In this document: positions 28,984 to 37,741 of the stretch, piece by piece | Position numbering within the stretch: the first letter of the stretch is position 1 | Layout: each line of letters opens with the position of its first letter | DNA from: an uncultured delta proteobacterium | Lineage (GTDB): Bacteria; Myxococcota_A; Polyangia; Haliangiales; Haliangiaceae | DNA length: 64,000 nt | Reading direction: 5' to 3' | NCBI GenBank assembly: GCA_963848295.1 | Contig: CAWKDB010000010.1 | Span: 2,240,001-2,304,000 of the forward strand | Notes under the pieces: model-generated | Seen by the model: only the letters and a program-made list of their open reading frames with translations | What the model was told of the DNA's origin: nothing | Database searches by the model: none | Made by a program: the position numbers and the translations under genes

Positions 28984-31049
28984 CGAGACCGGCCGCGGAT
29001 CGCGAGCGCATGGGCGGCGGCATCGCCCTCGCGGTGATCGTCGCGGCGCTCGTGGCGTGCGGCGATAACACCTCCGGGCGAGTCACGATCGTGTCGTCCG
29101 AGTGGAGCGATGCGCTGCGCGAGTTTGCAGCGCTGACGCCGGGCGGGGGTGTGACCGTGGCAACCGGTGAGGCGCCGACCGCCGACGACAGCGGTTTCCA
29201 GATCGCGGTGGTCGACGACCCGGCGATCCCGCTCGAAGGCTATCGCTTCGATCTGGTGACCGGTAGCGAACGCACGTGGGCGGTCCACGCGCACGACGTG
29301 CTCGGAGCGCAGTACGGTGTGGCGGCCGCGCTCGAGCACCTCGGGTTTCGGTTTCGCCATCCGTACGACACCTACGAGCCGTCGCCTCCGCGGCCCGCGA
29401 GCGGAGATGACGGTGCGCTCGGCGTCGTGCATCAACCGCAGGTCCGCGTGCGCGGCTTGCAGCTTCACACGCTGCATCCGATCGAGAGCTACTGGGCGTT
29501 CTGGGAAGACAACCCCGACGACGCGCATCGAGTCATCGATTGGGTCGTGAAAAACCGCGGCAACTATCTCCAGTGGGTCGCGCTCGACGACATCCTCGAC
29601 CCCGCTCGGCGCGCCTCGTGGCAGGCGTACACGCGCGAGATCATCGACTACGCGCACATGCGCGGGATTCGCGTCGGCATCAACATCCAGCTGTTCAGCC
29701 AGAGCAGCCTGCAGCAGGCGTTCACGCTCGTCGACAACGCGACCGATCCGGTGCCCGACCAGGTCGCGGCCAGGCTGCCGCTGATCGTCGATGACCTGCC
29801 CTGGGATGTGTATGCGCTGAGCTTCGGCGAGTTCTTCGATGCCGATCCGCAGGCATTCATCGACGCGGTCGACGAGACCGCGAGCGCGCTGTACGCGATC
29901 GCGCCCGGTGCCGAGATGCACGCGGTGATTCACGTCGGCGGCACGCAGCTCGTCACCTACATGGGCCAGACGATCATCTACTACTTCCTGGTCGCGTACA
30001 CCGATCCGCGGATCATCGCCGACGTCCATACCGTCATGTACTACGACCTGTTCGAAGACGCGGGCGGCGCCTATCAGATGCAAGACTTCTCCGAGCATCG
30101 CGACTTCTTGATCTCGAAGATGTGCGCGAACCAGAAGGCGTCTTACTTCCCGGAGAACGCGTACTGGATCGCGTTCGACGATTCGGTGCCGCAGTACCTC
30201 CCGCTGTACATCCGCAGCCGGCTCTACGATCTGCAACAGCTCCAGGCCGCCGCGCCCGCGCCGTGCTCGCCGCTCGACGAGCACCTCGTGTTCTCGTCCG
30301 GCTGGGAGTGGGGCTATTGGCTGCACGACACGGCGTCGCTGCGCATGAGCTACGAGCTGCCGGCGTCGCAGGAGGCGCTGATCGCGGACCAGCTCGCACC
30401 CGATCTCGATCCGGTCGCCGCGACCGTCGTGTCCGAGCTCGCCGATGCGCAGCACGATGCGCTGATCGACGACCGACTCGCCCCGTACATCGCGAGCCGC
30501 GACGCGCTGATCGATGCCGGCCGCGCGATCGGCGTGATCTCGCAACCCGATCGCGTCACGTTCGACGACCTCGCGGCCGATCCGACGCAGATCGCGAGCT
30601 TCGAGGCAACGGTGATGCAACCGCTCGGCGAGTTTCGCTCCACCGTCGAGGCGCTCGCCGCGCGAGCCGACGCGCTGCACTTGCCCGACGGCGACATCTG
30701 GGCCGCCGAGCTGCGCGATGGCGTCGAGATCGATCGCGCGCGCGTTCGGTTCATCTACGCCGCGTACCAGACGACGATCGATCACCTCGCCGGCGACGAC
30801 ACCGCAGCGACCGCCGATCGCGCGCAGGCCCAGGCCGCGCTCGACGACGCGACCGCGATCGTCCACCGCCGTCACGCGAACCTGCACGATCCGCGTCCCG
30901 AGATCACCGGCAAGGGTGCGAACTACACGGTCTACGCGTTCGGCTACCTCTATCAAGCCGACACGCTGTGCTACTGGCACCGCGAGCTCGATCAGGTCGA
31001 CGCGATCCTCGGCAACACGACGACCGCGCCGCCGTCGTGCGTGTTCTGA
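28980..31049 (+). CDS. Large lipoprotein, glycoside-hydrolase-like (GH20/GH67-type N-domain plus barrel)
   Basis: LVAC lipobox; EGYRF..GAQYG, VRGLQLH, IDWVVKNRGNYLQW; ATGA overlap with comEA. Confidence 0.65.
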   Translation: MTRPAADRERMGGGIALAVIVAALVACGDNTSGRVTIVSSEWSDALREFAALTPGGGVTVATGEAPTADDSGFQIAVVDDPAIPLEGYRFDLVTGSERTWAVHAHDVLGAQYGVAAALEHLGFRFRHPYDTYEPSPPRPASGDDGALGVVHQPQVRVRGLQLHTLHPIESYWAFWEDNPDDAHRVIDWVVKNRGNYLQWVALDDILDPARRASWQAYTREIIDYAHMRGIRVGINIQLFSQSSLQQAFTLVDNATDPVPDQVAARLPLIVDDLPWDVYALSFGEFFDADPQAFIDAVDETASALYAIAPGAEMHAVIHVGGTQLVTYMGQTIIYYFLVAYTDPRIIADVHTVMYYDLFEDAGGAYQMQDFSEHRDFLISKMCANQKASYFPENAYWIAFDDSVPQYLPLYIRSRLYDLQQLQAAAPAPCSPLDEHLVFSSGWEWGYWLHDTASLRMSYELPASQEALIADQLAPDLDPVAATVVSELADAQHDALIDDRLAPYIASRDALIDAGRAIGVISQPDRVTFDDLAADPTQIASFEATVMQPLGEFRSTVEALAARADALHLPDGDIWAAELRDGVEIDRARVRFIYAAYQTTIDHLAGDDTAATADRAQAQAALDDATAIVHRRHANLHDPRPEITGKGANYTVYAFGYLYQADTLCYWHRELDQVDAILGNTTTAPPSCVF

Positions 31050-31093
31050 TCGCTGGCGTCGCAGTGGCTGCCCACGAGTCTGCTCGGCTCGGC

Positions 31094-31122
31094 CTCGGGC
31101 TCGGGCTCGGGCTCGGGCTCGG
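31094..31122. repeat. (CTCGGG) microsatellite, about 5 copies, between convergent genes
   Basis: Directly visible. Confidence 0.85.
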
Positions 31123-32049
31123 TCAAGCGACTTCGGCCGCGACCGCGAGCACCTGCTCGCGCAGCCAGCGGTGGCGGTCGTCCGCGTGGTTGCGCTCGTG
31201 CCACGCGATCGCGATCTGGAACCGCGGGATCTCGACCGGAGGCGCCAGGCGCGCGATCCGGCGACGGTCGACGTGGCGGTCGACGATCCGACGAGGCAGC
31301 GTAGCGACGAGGTCGGTCGCCGCGACGATGCCCGGGACCGCGAGGAAGTGCGGCACCGCGATCGCGACGCGGCGCGACCGCCCGGCGACTGCCAGCGCAT
31401 CGTCGACAGTGCCGCCCGGCGTGCCGCGCGGCGACACGAACAGGTGGGAGAGCTCACAATAGCGCGCCAGCGTCAGCTTGCCCTTCGCGTACGGATGGCC
31501 GGCGCGCAACAGGCACGTGAACGACTCGTCGAACAGGACCTTCTCGTAGGTCCCGGCAGCGCGGGCCTTGCCGCGCGGCGGCGCGATCACGAGATCGATC
31601 ACACCGGTCGCGAGCTCCGGATCGCCCCAGTCCGCGAACGTGTGGATCCACAGGTCGATGCCGGGCGCGAGCCGGCCGAGCCGCTGCGCGAGCTGCGGCA
31701 ACAAGACCGCCTCGGCGTAGTCGCCGGCCCCGATATGGAACGCGTGGCGCGCGGAGGCCGGATCGAACGCGTCGCCGCGCAGCATCCCGGCGAGCTCGCC
31801 GAGCAGCTTGCGCACCTGCGGCGCTAGCCGGCTCGCGAGCGGCGTCGCGACCATCGCGCCGCCCGGCCCGCGCACGAGCAGCGGATCGTCGAGCAGATCG
31901 CGCAGGCGGGCGAGCGCATGACTCGCGGCCGATTGGGTGAGCCCGAGCCGAGCCGCCGCGCGGGTGACATGGCGCTCGACGAGCAGCGCATCGAGCGCGA
32001 CCACGAGGTTGAGATCCACTCCCGCGAGCTCGTCATGAGCGTCGTGCAT
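31123..32049 (-). CDS. LysR-family regulator
   Basis: DLNLVVALDALLVERHVTRAAARLGLTQSAASHALARLR. Confidence 0.93.
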   Translation of the reverse strand: MHDAHDELAGVDLNLVVALDALLVERHVTRAAARLGLTQSAASHALARLRDLLDDPLLVRGPGGAMVATPLASRLAPQVRKLLGELAGMLRGDAFDPASARHAFHIGAGDYAEAVLLPQLAQRLGRLAPGIDLWIHTFADWGDPELATGVIDLVIAPPRGKARAAGTYEKVLFDESFTCLLRAGHPYAKGKLTLARYCELSHLFVSPRGTPGGTVDDALAVAGRSRRVAIAVPHFLAVPGIVAATDLVATLPRRIVDRHVDRRRIARLAPPVEIPRFQIAIAWHERNHADDRHRWLREQVLAVAAEVA

Positions 32050-32122
32050 GATGGCTATGATTATCATCGATTGGACTGATTGGAGCGGCGAGCGCATGGT
32101 GTGGGCACATCAGGAGGACGCC

Positions 32123-33001
32123 ATGTATGCAATCGCTGGAGTTTCAGGTCATGTCGGTTCGGTGGTCGCGCAGACGCTGCTCGACCAGCGCAAGCCCGTG
32201 CGCGTGATCGTGCGCGATGCCGCGAAGGGCGAAGCGTGGAAGGCGAAAGGCGCCGAGGTCGCGATCGCGTCGATCGACGACGAGGCGGCGATGACCAAGG
32301 CGCTTACCGGGGTCGCCGGCGCGTTCTTGCTGCTGCCGCCAGACGTCACGACGAAGAAGCCGCTCGAGGACAACGCGCGGCGCACCGGCGTGCTCGCCCG
32401 CGCCGCGAAGGCCGCGAAGCTACCGCACATCGTGCTGCTGTCGTCGATCGGTGCCCAGCAGCCCGACGGCACCGGGCCGATCCGCGCGCTGCACCGCGCC
32501 GAGATCGAGCTCGCAGCGTCCGGCGCGGCGCTCACCTGTGTCCGGGCCGCGTCGTTCTATGAGAACTGGGGAATGGCGCTGGGCGCGCTCGCCCAGGGCG
32601 TGCTGCCCACGTTCATCCCGGCCGGCCTCGCCTACCCGCAGGTCGCGGCCAAGGACATCGGCAAGGTCGTCGCCGCCGCGCTCGTCGAGGGACCGGCGCG
32701 GGGCGCACCGCAGATCATCGAGCTCGCCGGCCCGCGCGACTACAGCGCGAACGATGCCGCCGCAACGCTGTCGACGATCACCGGCAAGCCGGTGAAGGCG
32801 CAGGACGCGCCGCTCGACGCCGTCGTACCGACCGTGACCTCGTTCGGTGTTTCGGCGCCGGTCGCGGAGCTGTTCCGCGAGATGTACGCCGGCGTCGTAT
32901 CGGGCCGGGTCGCCCACACCACGGCCGGCGGCTCGGTGCGCCACGTCCGCGGTACGACCGAGCTCGCGGACACGTTGCGCGCGCTGGTCGGCAAGGCGTA
33001 G
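32123..33001 (+). CDS. NmrA-like NAD(P)H-binding protein
   Basis: AIAGVSGHVGS Rossmann motif; SD AGGAGG; divergent from the LysR gene. Confidence 0.88.
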   Translation: MYAIAGVSGHVGSVVAQTLLDQRKPVRVIVRDAAKGEAWKAKGAEVAIASIDDEAAMTKALTGVAGAFLLLPPDVTTKKPLEDNARRTGVLARAAKAAKLPHIVLLSSIGAQQPDGTGPIRALHRAEIELAASGAALTCVRAASFYENWGMALGALAQGVLPTFIPAGLAYPQVAAKDIGKVVAAALVEGPARGAPQIIELAGPRDYSANDAAATLSTITGKPVKAQDAPLDAVVPTVTSFGVSAPVAELFREMYAGVVSGRVAHTTAGGSVRHVRGTTELADTLRALVGKA

Positions 33002-33085
33002 GTCGTCGACCTCGACGCGAATGCTCGAGGCGTAGAGCTTGTCGTCGGGCCGCTCGCCGGCCCTGGCTTTGGTAGTGTCGGCGCG

Positions 33086-34432
33086 ATGTCGCTCCCCAGC
33101 CTCGGCGATGACGCCGTCTCGCTCTGTCGTTTGCTGCTGCGGATCGACACCACGAACCCGCCGGGCAACGAACGGCCCGCAGCCGAGCTGGTCGCGCGCG
33201 CGCTCGCCGACGTCGGTTATCAGCCGCAGCTGCTCGAGGCGCAGCCCGACCGAACGAACGTCGTCGTTCGCTATCGCGGCACCGGCGCGAAGCCGCCGTT
33301 GCTGCTCACCGCCCACCTCGACGTCGTCGAAGCCGATGCGACGAAGTGGCGGCGGCCGCCGTTCTCCGGCGAAGAGTTCGAAGGCTGCTTGTGGGGCCGC
33401 GGCGCGATCGACATGAAGAACATGGCGGCGATGTGCACCGCGATCATGCGGCGGCTCGCCGCGACCGGCGCGAAGCTCGAGCGCGACGTGATCTTTGCCG
33501 CGGTCGCGGACGAAGAGGCCGGTTGCGACCTCGGCTCGCGGTTCCTCGTCGAGCAGCACCGCGCGCTGGTCGAGTCGGAGTTCGCGATCGGCGAGTCCGG
33601 TGGGTTCTCGCTCCACCTCGGCGACACGACGTTCTATCCGATCCAGGTCGCCGAGAAAGGGTTCTGCTGGATCCGCGCGCGCCTCGCCGGCGAGCCCGGC
33701 CACGGCTCGATGCCGCGCCACGACAGCGTCGTCACGAAGCTCGGCGAAGCGCTGACCCGGATCGGCGCGGCGCAGCTGCCGGTGCACCCGACGCGCTACG
33801 TCGCCGAGTTCCTCGATGCGGTGCGCGCTCGCCAACCCGCGCTGATCCAACCCCTGGTCAAGCTCGTCGCGCGCCCGCACCTGCTCGCGCGGATCGCGCG
33901 GCTCGTGCCCGGCGCCGGCCTGGCGCGCAGCTTCTCCGCGTTGCTCGCGAACACCGCCGCGGCGACCGTCGTGCGCGCCGGCGCGAAGACGAACGTCATC
34001 CCCGGCGTCGCCGAGTTCGAGATCGACGGCCGCACGCTGCCGGGCCAGACCGACGAGGATCTGCTGCGCGAGCTGCGCGAGGTGCTCGGCGCCGATGTCG
34101 AGCTCGAGATCATCAAGTCGCAACCGCCGACGGTCACCGAGCCGGTCGCGTCGCCGGTGTGGGATGCGATCGCCCGCGAGATCACCTCGCGCGAGCCCGA
34201 CGCGGTCGTGTTGCCGTATCTCATCCCCGGCTTCACCGACGGCAAGTTCTTCTCGCAGACCGGCGCGCGCTGGTACGGGTTCTCGCCGGTCAAGATCGAG
34301 AGAGCGTCGGGGATCCGGTTCGCCGACATGTTCCACGGCCACAACGAGCGCGTGCCGATCGCCGGGTTGCGCTGGGGTGCCGAGGTGCTCGACGCGGTCG
34401 TGCGCGATATCGCCGGAGTCATCGCGCCGTGA
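33086..34432 (+). CDS. M20-family metallopeptidase/aminoacylase
   Basis: AHLDVV, GRGAIDMK, DEE, GHGS, GFTD, HGHNE. Confidence 0.9.
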   Translation: MSLPSLGDDAVSLCRLLLRIDTTNPPGNERPAAELVARALADVGYQPQLLEAQPDRTNVVVRYRGTGAKPPLLLTAHLDVVEADATKWRRPPFSGEEFEGCLWGRGAIDMKNMAAMCTAIMRRLAATGAKLERDVIFAAVADEEAGCDLGSRFLVEQHRALVESEFAIGESGGFSLHLGDTTFYPIQVAEKGFCWIRARLAGEPGHGSMPRHDSVVTKLGEALTRIGAAQLPVHPTRYVAEFLDAVRARQPALIQPLVKLVARPHLLARIARLVPGAGLARSFSALLANTAAATVVRAGAKTNVIPGVAEFEIDGRTLPGQTDEDLLRELREVLGADVELEIIKSQPPTVTEPVASPVWDAIAREITSREPDAVVLPYLIPGFTDGKFFSQTGARWYGFSPVKIERASGIRFADMFHGHNERVPIAGLRWGAEVLDAVVRDIAGVIAP

Positions 34433-35274
34433 GCCGCGCGCTCGCGATCGCCGTGCTCGTCGCGTCGAGTTGCGGCAGCCCTCAGCGCTGCCCGGTCACG
34501 TCCGCGGCTCCGGTCGCCGGCGCGACGCCGTTCCTGTGGCGCGCGCAACGCGCCGATCACACCGGGCCGATCGTCTGGCTGTACGGCACGATCCACGACG
34601 CCGGCTCCGATGCGGTGCCGAAACCGGCGTGGGCCGCGCTCGACGCATCGCCGCGGTTCGCGTCCGAGCTCGGCGATGTCGAGCCCGATCCAGACGTGAC
34701 GCGCGACCTCGCGCGGATCGCGCACGGCCCCGGGCTCGACTCGTTATTGTCGGCCGACGACTGGTACGACTTGCGCGATGCGCTCGGCGGTGTGATCAAG
34801 GAAGACAGCCTCAAGCGCGCGCGGCCCTGGTATGCGGTGTCGCTGCTGACCACGCACGCGACGGTGAAGACCGTCGCGATGGACACCAGCCTCGCGCAGC
34901 ACGCGCGCGCGAAGTCGCTGCCGGTCGATCCACTCGAGACCTGGAAGGTGCAGCTCACCGCGCTCGATCGAGCCGTCACGATCAAGGATCTGGTCGAAGC
35001 GGTGCATCTGCGCAAAGAGATGACGTGCGATCTGTCGCGGATGTCGACCGCGTACGGCGCGGGTGACGCGGCCGCGCTCGAGATCATGCTCGACGTCGGC
35101 CACTCGCCGGTGTTGCTCGACGCGCGGAGCGCCGCGTGGGTGCCCGAGATCGAGGCCTACTTCGCGACCGGCGGCGCGTTCATCGCGGTCGGGCTCGGCC
35201 ACCTGCTCGGCGAGGCCGGCTTGGTCGCGCGGCTCCAGCACGACGGCTACGTGGTCGAGCGGGTCGCGCCGTAG
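34429..35274 (+). CDS. TraB/GumN-family protein (lipoprotein)
   Basis: FLWR..WLYGTIH, LET..QL, FIAVGLGHL. Confidence 0.85.
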   Translation: MSRALAIAVLVASSCGSPQRCPVTSAAPVAGATPFLWRAQRADHTGPIVWLYGTIHDAGSDAVPKPAWAALDASPRFASELGDVEPDPDVTRDLARIAHGPGLDSLLSADDWYDLRDALGGVIKEDSLKRARPWYAVSLLTTHATVKTVAMDTSLAQHARAKSLPVDPLETWKVQLTALDRAVTIKDLVEAVHLRKEMTCDLSRMSTAYGAGDAAALEIMLDVGHSPVLLDARSAAWVPEIEAYFATGGAFIAVGLGHLLGEAGLVARLQHDGYVVERVAP

Positions 35275-35281
35275 CTCCGTC

Positions 35282-36499
35282 CTAACTCGGCAACTCGCGC
35301 AGGTGGCGCAGCGGAATCAACATCAGCGGCGCGGCGAGGCCGATCAAGACGCCGAGCCACACCGCGGATCGCGTCGAGCTCAGCTCGGCGACGACGCCCG
35401 CGACGATCGCGGCGATCGGCAGCACGCCCATCGTGCACACGTGGATCGCCGCGTTCGCGCGACCGAGCACGCTCGCCGGCAACACGGTCTGGCGCAGCGT
35501 CACCGCGTGGATCAAGAACACCATCGCGAACCCATCGCCGATCAGCTGATGCGCGGCGAGCAAGCCGATCGCGCGCACCGGTGAGCCGCTCGCGAGCGGG
35601 ATGAACAACCCGGCGCCGAGGCTGATCGCCGAGGCGATGATCACCGCCGGCCCGAAGCCGAACGAGCTCGCGAGCCGGCGCGCGAGCAAGGCGCCGCCGA
35701 GCGCACCGACGCCACCCATCGCGATCACGATGCCGAACGTCGCCTCGGACAGGCCGAGCACGCGCAGGCAATAGATCGGGTACAGCGCGCTGAAGAACCC
35801 GCCCGCGATCGACCACACCATGTGCGCGAGCGTCACCGACCGCACGTAGCGATCGCCGAACACCGCGCGCAACCCGATGACGAGATCGTGCAGCCCGAGC
35901 TTGCCCTCGGAGCTCGCCGCCAGCTTCGGCCGCGCGCGGATCCGCCCGAGCATCACCGCCGACCACACGTAGCCGAGCGCGTCGGTGACGACCGCGAGCG
36001 GCGCGCCGATCGCCGCGATCAACACCCCGGCGACGGAGGGCCCGGCGATCTCGGCCGCGCTGTCGGTCGCGCCGAGCTTCGCGTTCGCATCGGCGAGCTG
36101 ATCCGCGCCGACGATCGCCGGCAGGTACGCGACGTCGGTGATCTGGTCGAGCGCCGACGCGGCACCGACGATCGCTCCGACGATCATCACGTGACCGATC
36201 GACAGCGCGCCGAGCGCCCACGCGAGCGTCAACGAAGCGACGACCACCGCGCGCACGACGTCGGCGATGACCAACAAGCGCCGCTTGTCGCCGCGATCGG
36301 CCATGCCGCCGGCGAACACCGCGAACACCACGCCGGGTGCGAGCTGGACCGACGCGAGCAACGCGACGATCGAATCGGGCTCGCCGAGCACCTTGACCGC
36401 GATGATCGGCAACGCGGTGCGCGTCACGCGTGATCCGAACGCGCTGACCGCTTGCGCCGACCATAGCCGAACGAAGTCGGCGTTATCCGTCAGCGACAC
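35282..36499 (-). CDS. MFS transporter
   Basis: FVRLWSAQAVSAFG, AGGMADRGDKRRLL; about 12 TM segments. Confidence 0.9.
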   Translation of the reverse strand: MSLTDNADFVRLWSAQAVSAFGSRVTRTALPIIAVKVLGEPDSIVALLASVQLAPGVVFAVFAGGMADRGDKRRLLVIADVVRAVVVASLTLAWALGALSIGHVMIVGAIVGAASALDQITDVAYLPAIVGADQLADANAKLGATDSAAEIAGPSVAGVLIAAIGAPLAVVTDALGYVWSAVMLGRIRARPKLAASSEGKLGLHDLVIGLRAVFGDRYVRSVTLAHMVWSIAGGFFSALYPIYCLRVLGLSEATFGIVIAMGGVGALGGALLARRLASSFGFGPAVIIASAISLGAGLFIPLASGSPVRAIGLLAAHQLIGDGFAMVFLIHAVTLRQTVLPASVLGRANAAIHVCTMGVLPIAAIVAGVVAELSSTRSAVWLGVLIGLAAPLMLIPLRHLRELPS

Positions 36500-36511
36500 G
36501 CGCGCCGCAGG

Positions 36512-36985
36512 TCAGAACGGAATGTCGTCATCGGGACCGCCGCCGCCGCCGGACGATCCGCCGCCGCCGTAGCCGCCCATGTCCGCGTCACCGGGAGGTG
36601 GCGGACCCTCGTCGCGGCCTTTGCCACCGCCGCCACCGCCGCCGCCGCCCTCTTTGCCGCCGAGGAACTGGACGTCGTTCGCGATGATCTCGGTGATGTA
36701 GCGCTTGTTGCCTTCCTTGTCGTCGTAGTTGCGGGTCTGGATCCGGCCTTCGATGTAGACCTGACGCCCTTTCGACAAGTACTTCGAGCAAATCTCGGCG
36801 CGCTTGCCCCAGATCACGACGCGGTGCCACTCGGTGCGATCCTGGCGCTGGCCGTTCTTGTCGGTCCAGCTCTCGTTCGTCGCGACGCGGAGCTCGCACA
36901 CGCCCTGCCCGCTCGGCGTGTATCGCATGTCGGGATCGGCCCCGAGGTTGCCCACGAGAATGACTTTGTTGACTCCGCCGGCCAT
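36512..36985 (-). CDS. ssb: Single-stranded DNA-binding protein
   Basis: [27 protein letters not shown]; ends DDIPF. Confidence 0.97.
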   Translation of the reverse strand: MAGGVNKVILVGNLGADPDMRYTPSGQGVCELRVATNESWTDKNGQRQDRTEWHRVVIWGKRAEICSKYLSKGRQVYIEGRIQTRNYDDKEGNKRYITEIIANDVQFLGGKEGGGGGGGGGKGRDEGPPPPGDADMGGYGGGGSSGGGGGPDDDIPF

Positions 36986-37009
36986 GACGTCCTCTTTCTA
37001 GGTGAGCTG

Positions 37010-37042
37010 GCCATACCACGCGGCCCTGACAAGAGGTCGTCG
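37010..37042 (-). promoter_or_regulatory. PafBC/RecA-NDp-like promoter of ssb: CGACG-N6-TGTCAG-N10-TATGGC
   Basis: Minus strand reads TTGTCAGGGCCGCGTGGTATGGC; spacing matches the mycobacterial TGTCRG-N10-TA-N3-T motif. Confidence 0.55.
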
Positions 37043-37198
37043 CGCGAGCACGACAGGTTCAGTGACACGAGCGTCTTGTTTGCCACGGCGGTTACCCGGG
37101 CGAGCGGCCTCGATCGGATGCCGCAAAAAATCTGCGATGCATCGATGGGACTTGCGTTACGTGGCGCAGCGCGATCGCGCCGTCGCAGAGCGCCGGCC

Positions 37199-37305
37199 CG
37201 GCGTCATCGCAAAGGTTTCGTCGCGGCTGCCTGGCTCGGCGCGCCACTACAGAGTCGCGGCTGCCTTGCGCGGCGTCACCGCGAAGGCTTCGCGCGGCTG
37301 CCTGC
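37199..37305. repeat. Three imperfect ~35-bp tandem units ending CGCGGCTGCCT
   Basis: Units start at about 37199, 37237 and 37271; units 1 and 3 are most similar. Confidence 0.6.
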
Positions 37306-37322
37306 GAGGGCGCCCCGGACCC

Positions 37323-37581
37323 GCGCGGGCGACGGCGCTGACGGTGGCGGTTCCCGGCGCCTCCGCGGAGCGACGCCGCTGCGCGGCGATCGCGCTGCGC
37401 GCGAGTTGGAGTGTCGACCGCGAGGCCGAGCGTCTCTTCGCGCGCCTGCCCTGCTCTCCGGGGCATCCCTCGCGGCGACGCCGCGCTCAGCGACGAGATC
37501 GCGTCCTCGCTCCACACTCGACTGTCCTGATCTGGGACAGCTGGAGCGTCGCAGCCAACGGGAAGCGCGGCTAGCCCGCGC
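37323..37581 (+). ncRNA. Candidate structured ncRNA or structured repeat, family unknown
   Basis: Five nested long-range helices plus local hairpins, with G-U pairs on the + strand; no credible ORF. Confidence 0.4.
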
Positions 37582-37741
37582 TCATCCTCTTACCGAACAC
37601 ACGAAGTGCCGACGTTCGTACCTATGCGAATGGGACTGGTCCGTGGCAGGTCCCCGAGCGGTCTCAGGACGGATATTCACTAGAAGTCGAGGATGACTTC
37701 GATTTAATCAAGGTCTGTACTAGTCGGTCTAGACTGCGCGC

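Noticed and set aside
31094..31122. (CTCGGG)n as a phase-variation switch
   Set aside because: It lies between convergent stop codons, not in a promoter or reading frame.
37070..37085. GG-N10-GC (TGGCAAACAAGACGCT) on the minus strand upstream of ssb as a sigma54 promoter
   Set aside because: Poor -12 context (ACGC rather than TTGC/CTGC); the closer TGTCAG-N10-TA promoter explains ssb better.
37199..37305. Possible mini-CRISPR array
   Set aside because: Repeats are degenerate, the intervening segments are short and similar to each other, and no cas genes are in the window.
37002..37574. Protein-coding gene in the intergenic region downstream of the ssb promoter
   Set aside because: All frames give low-complexity Arg/Ala-rich text, with no ribosome-binding or leaderless signal and no motifs.
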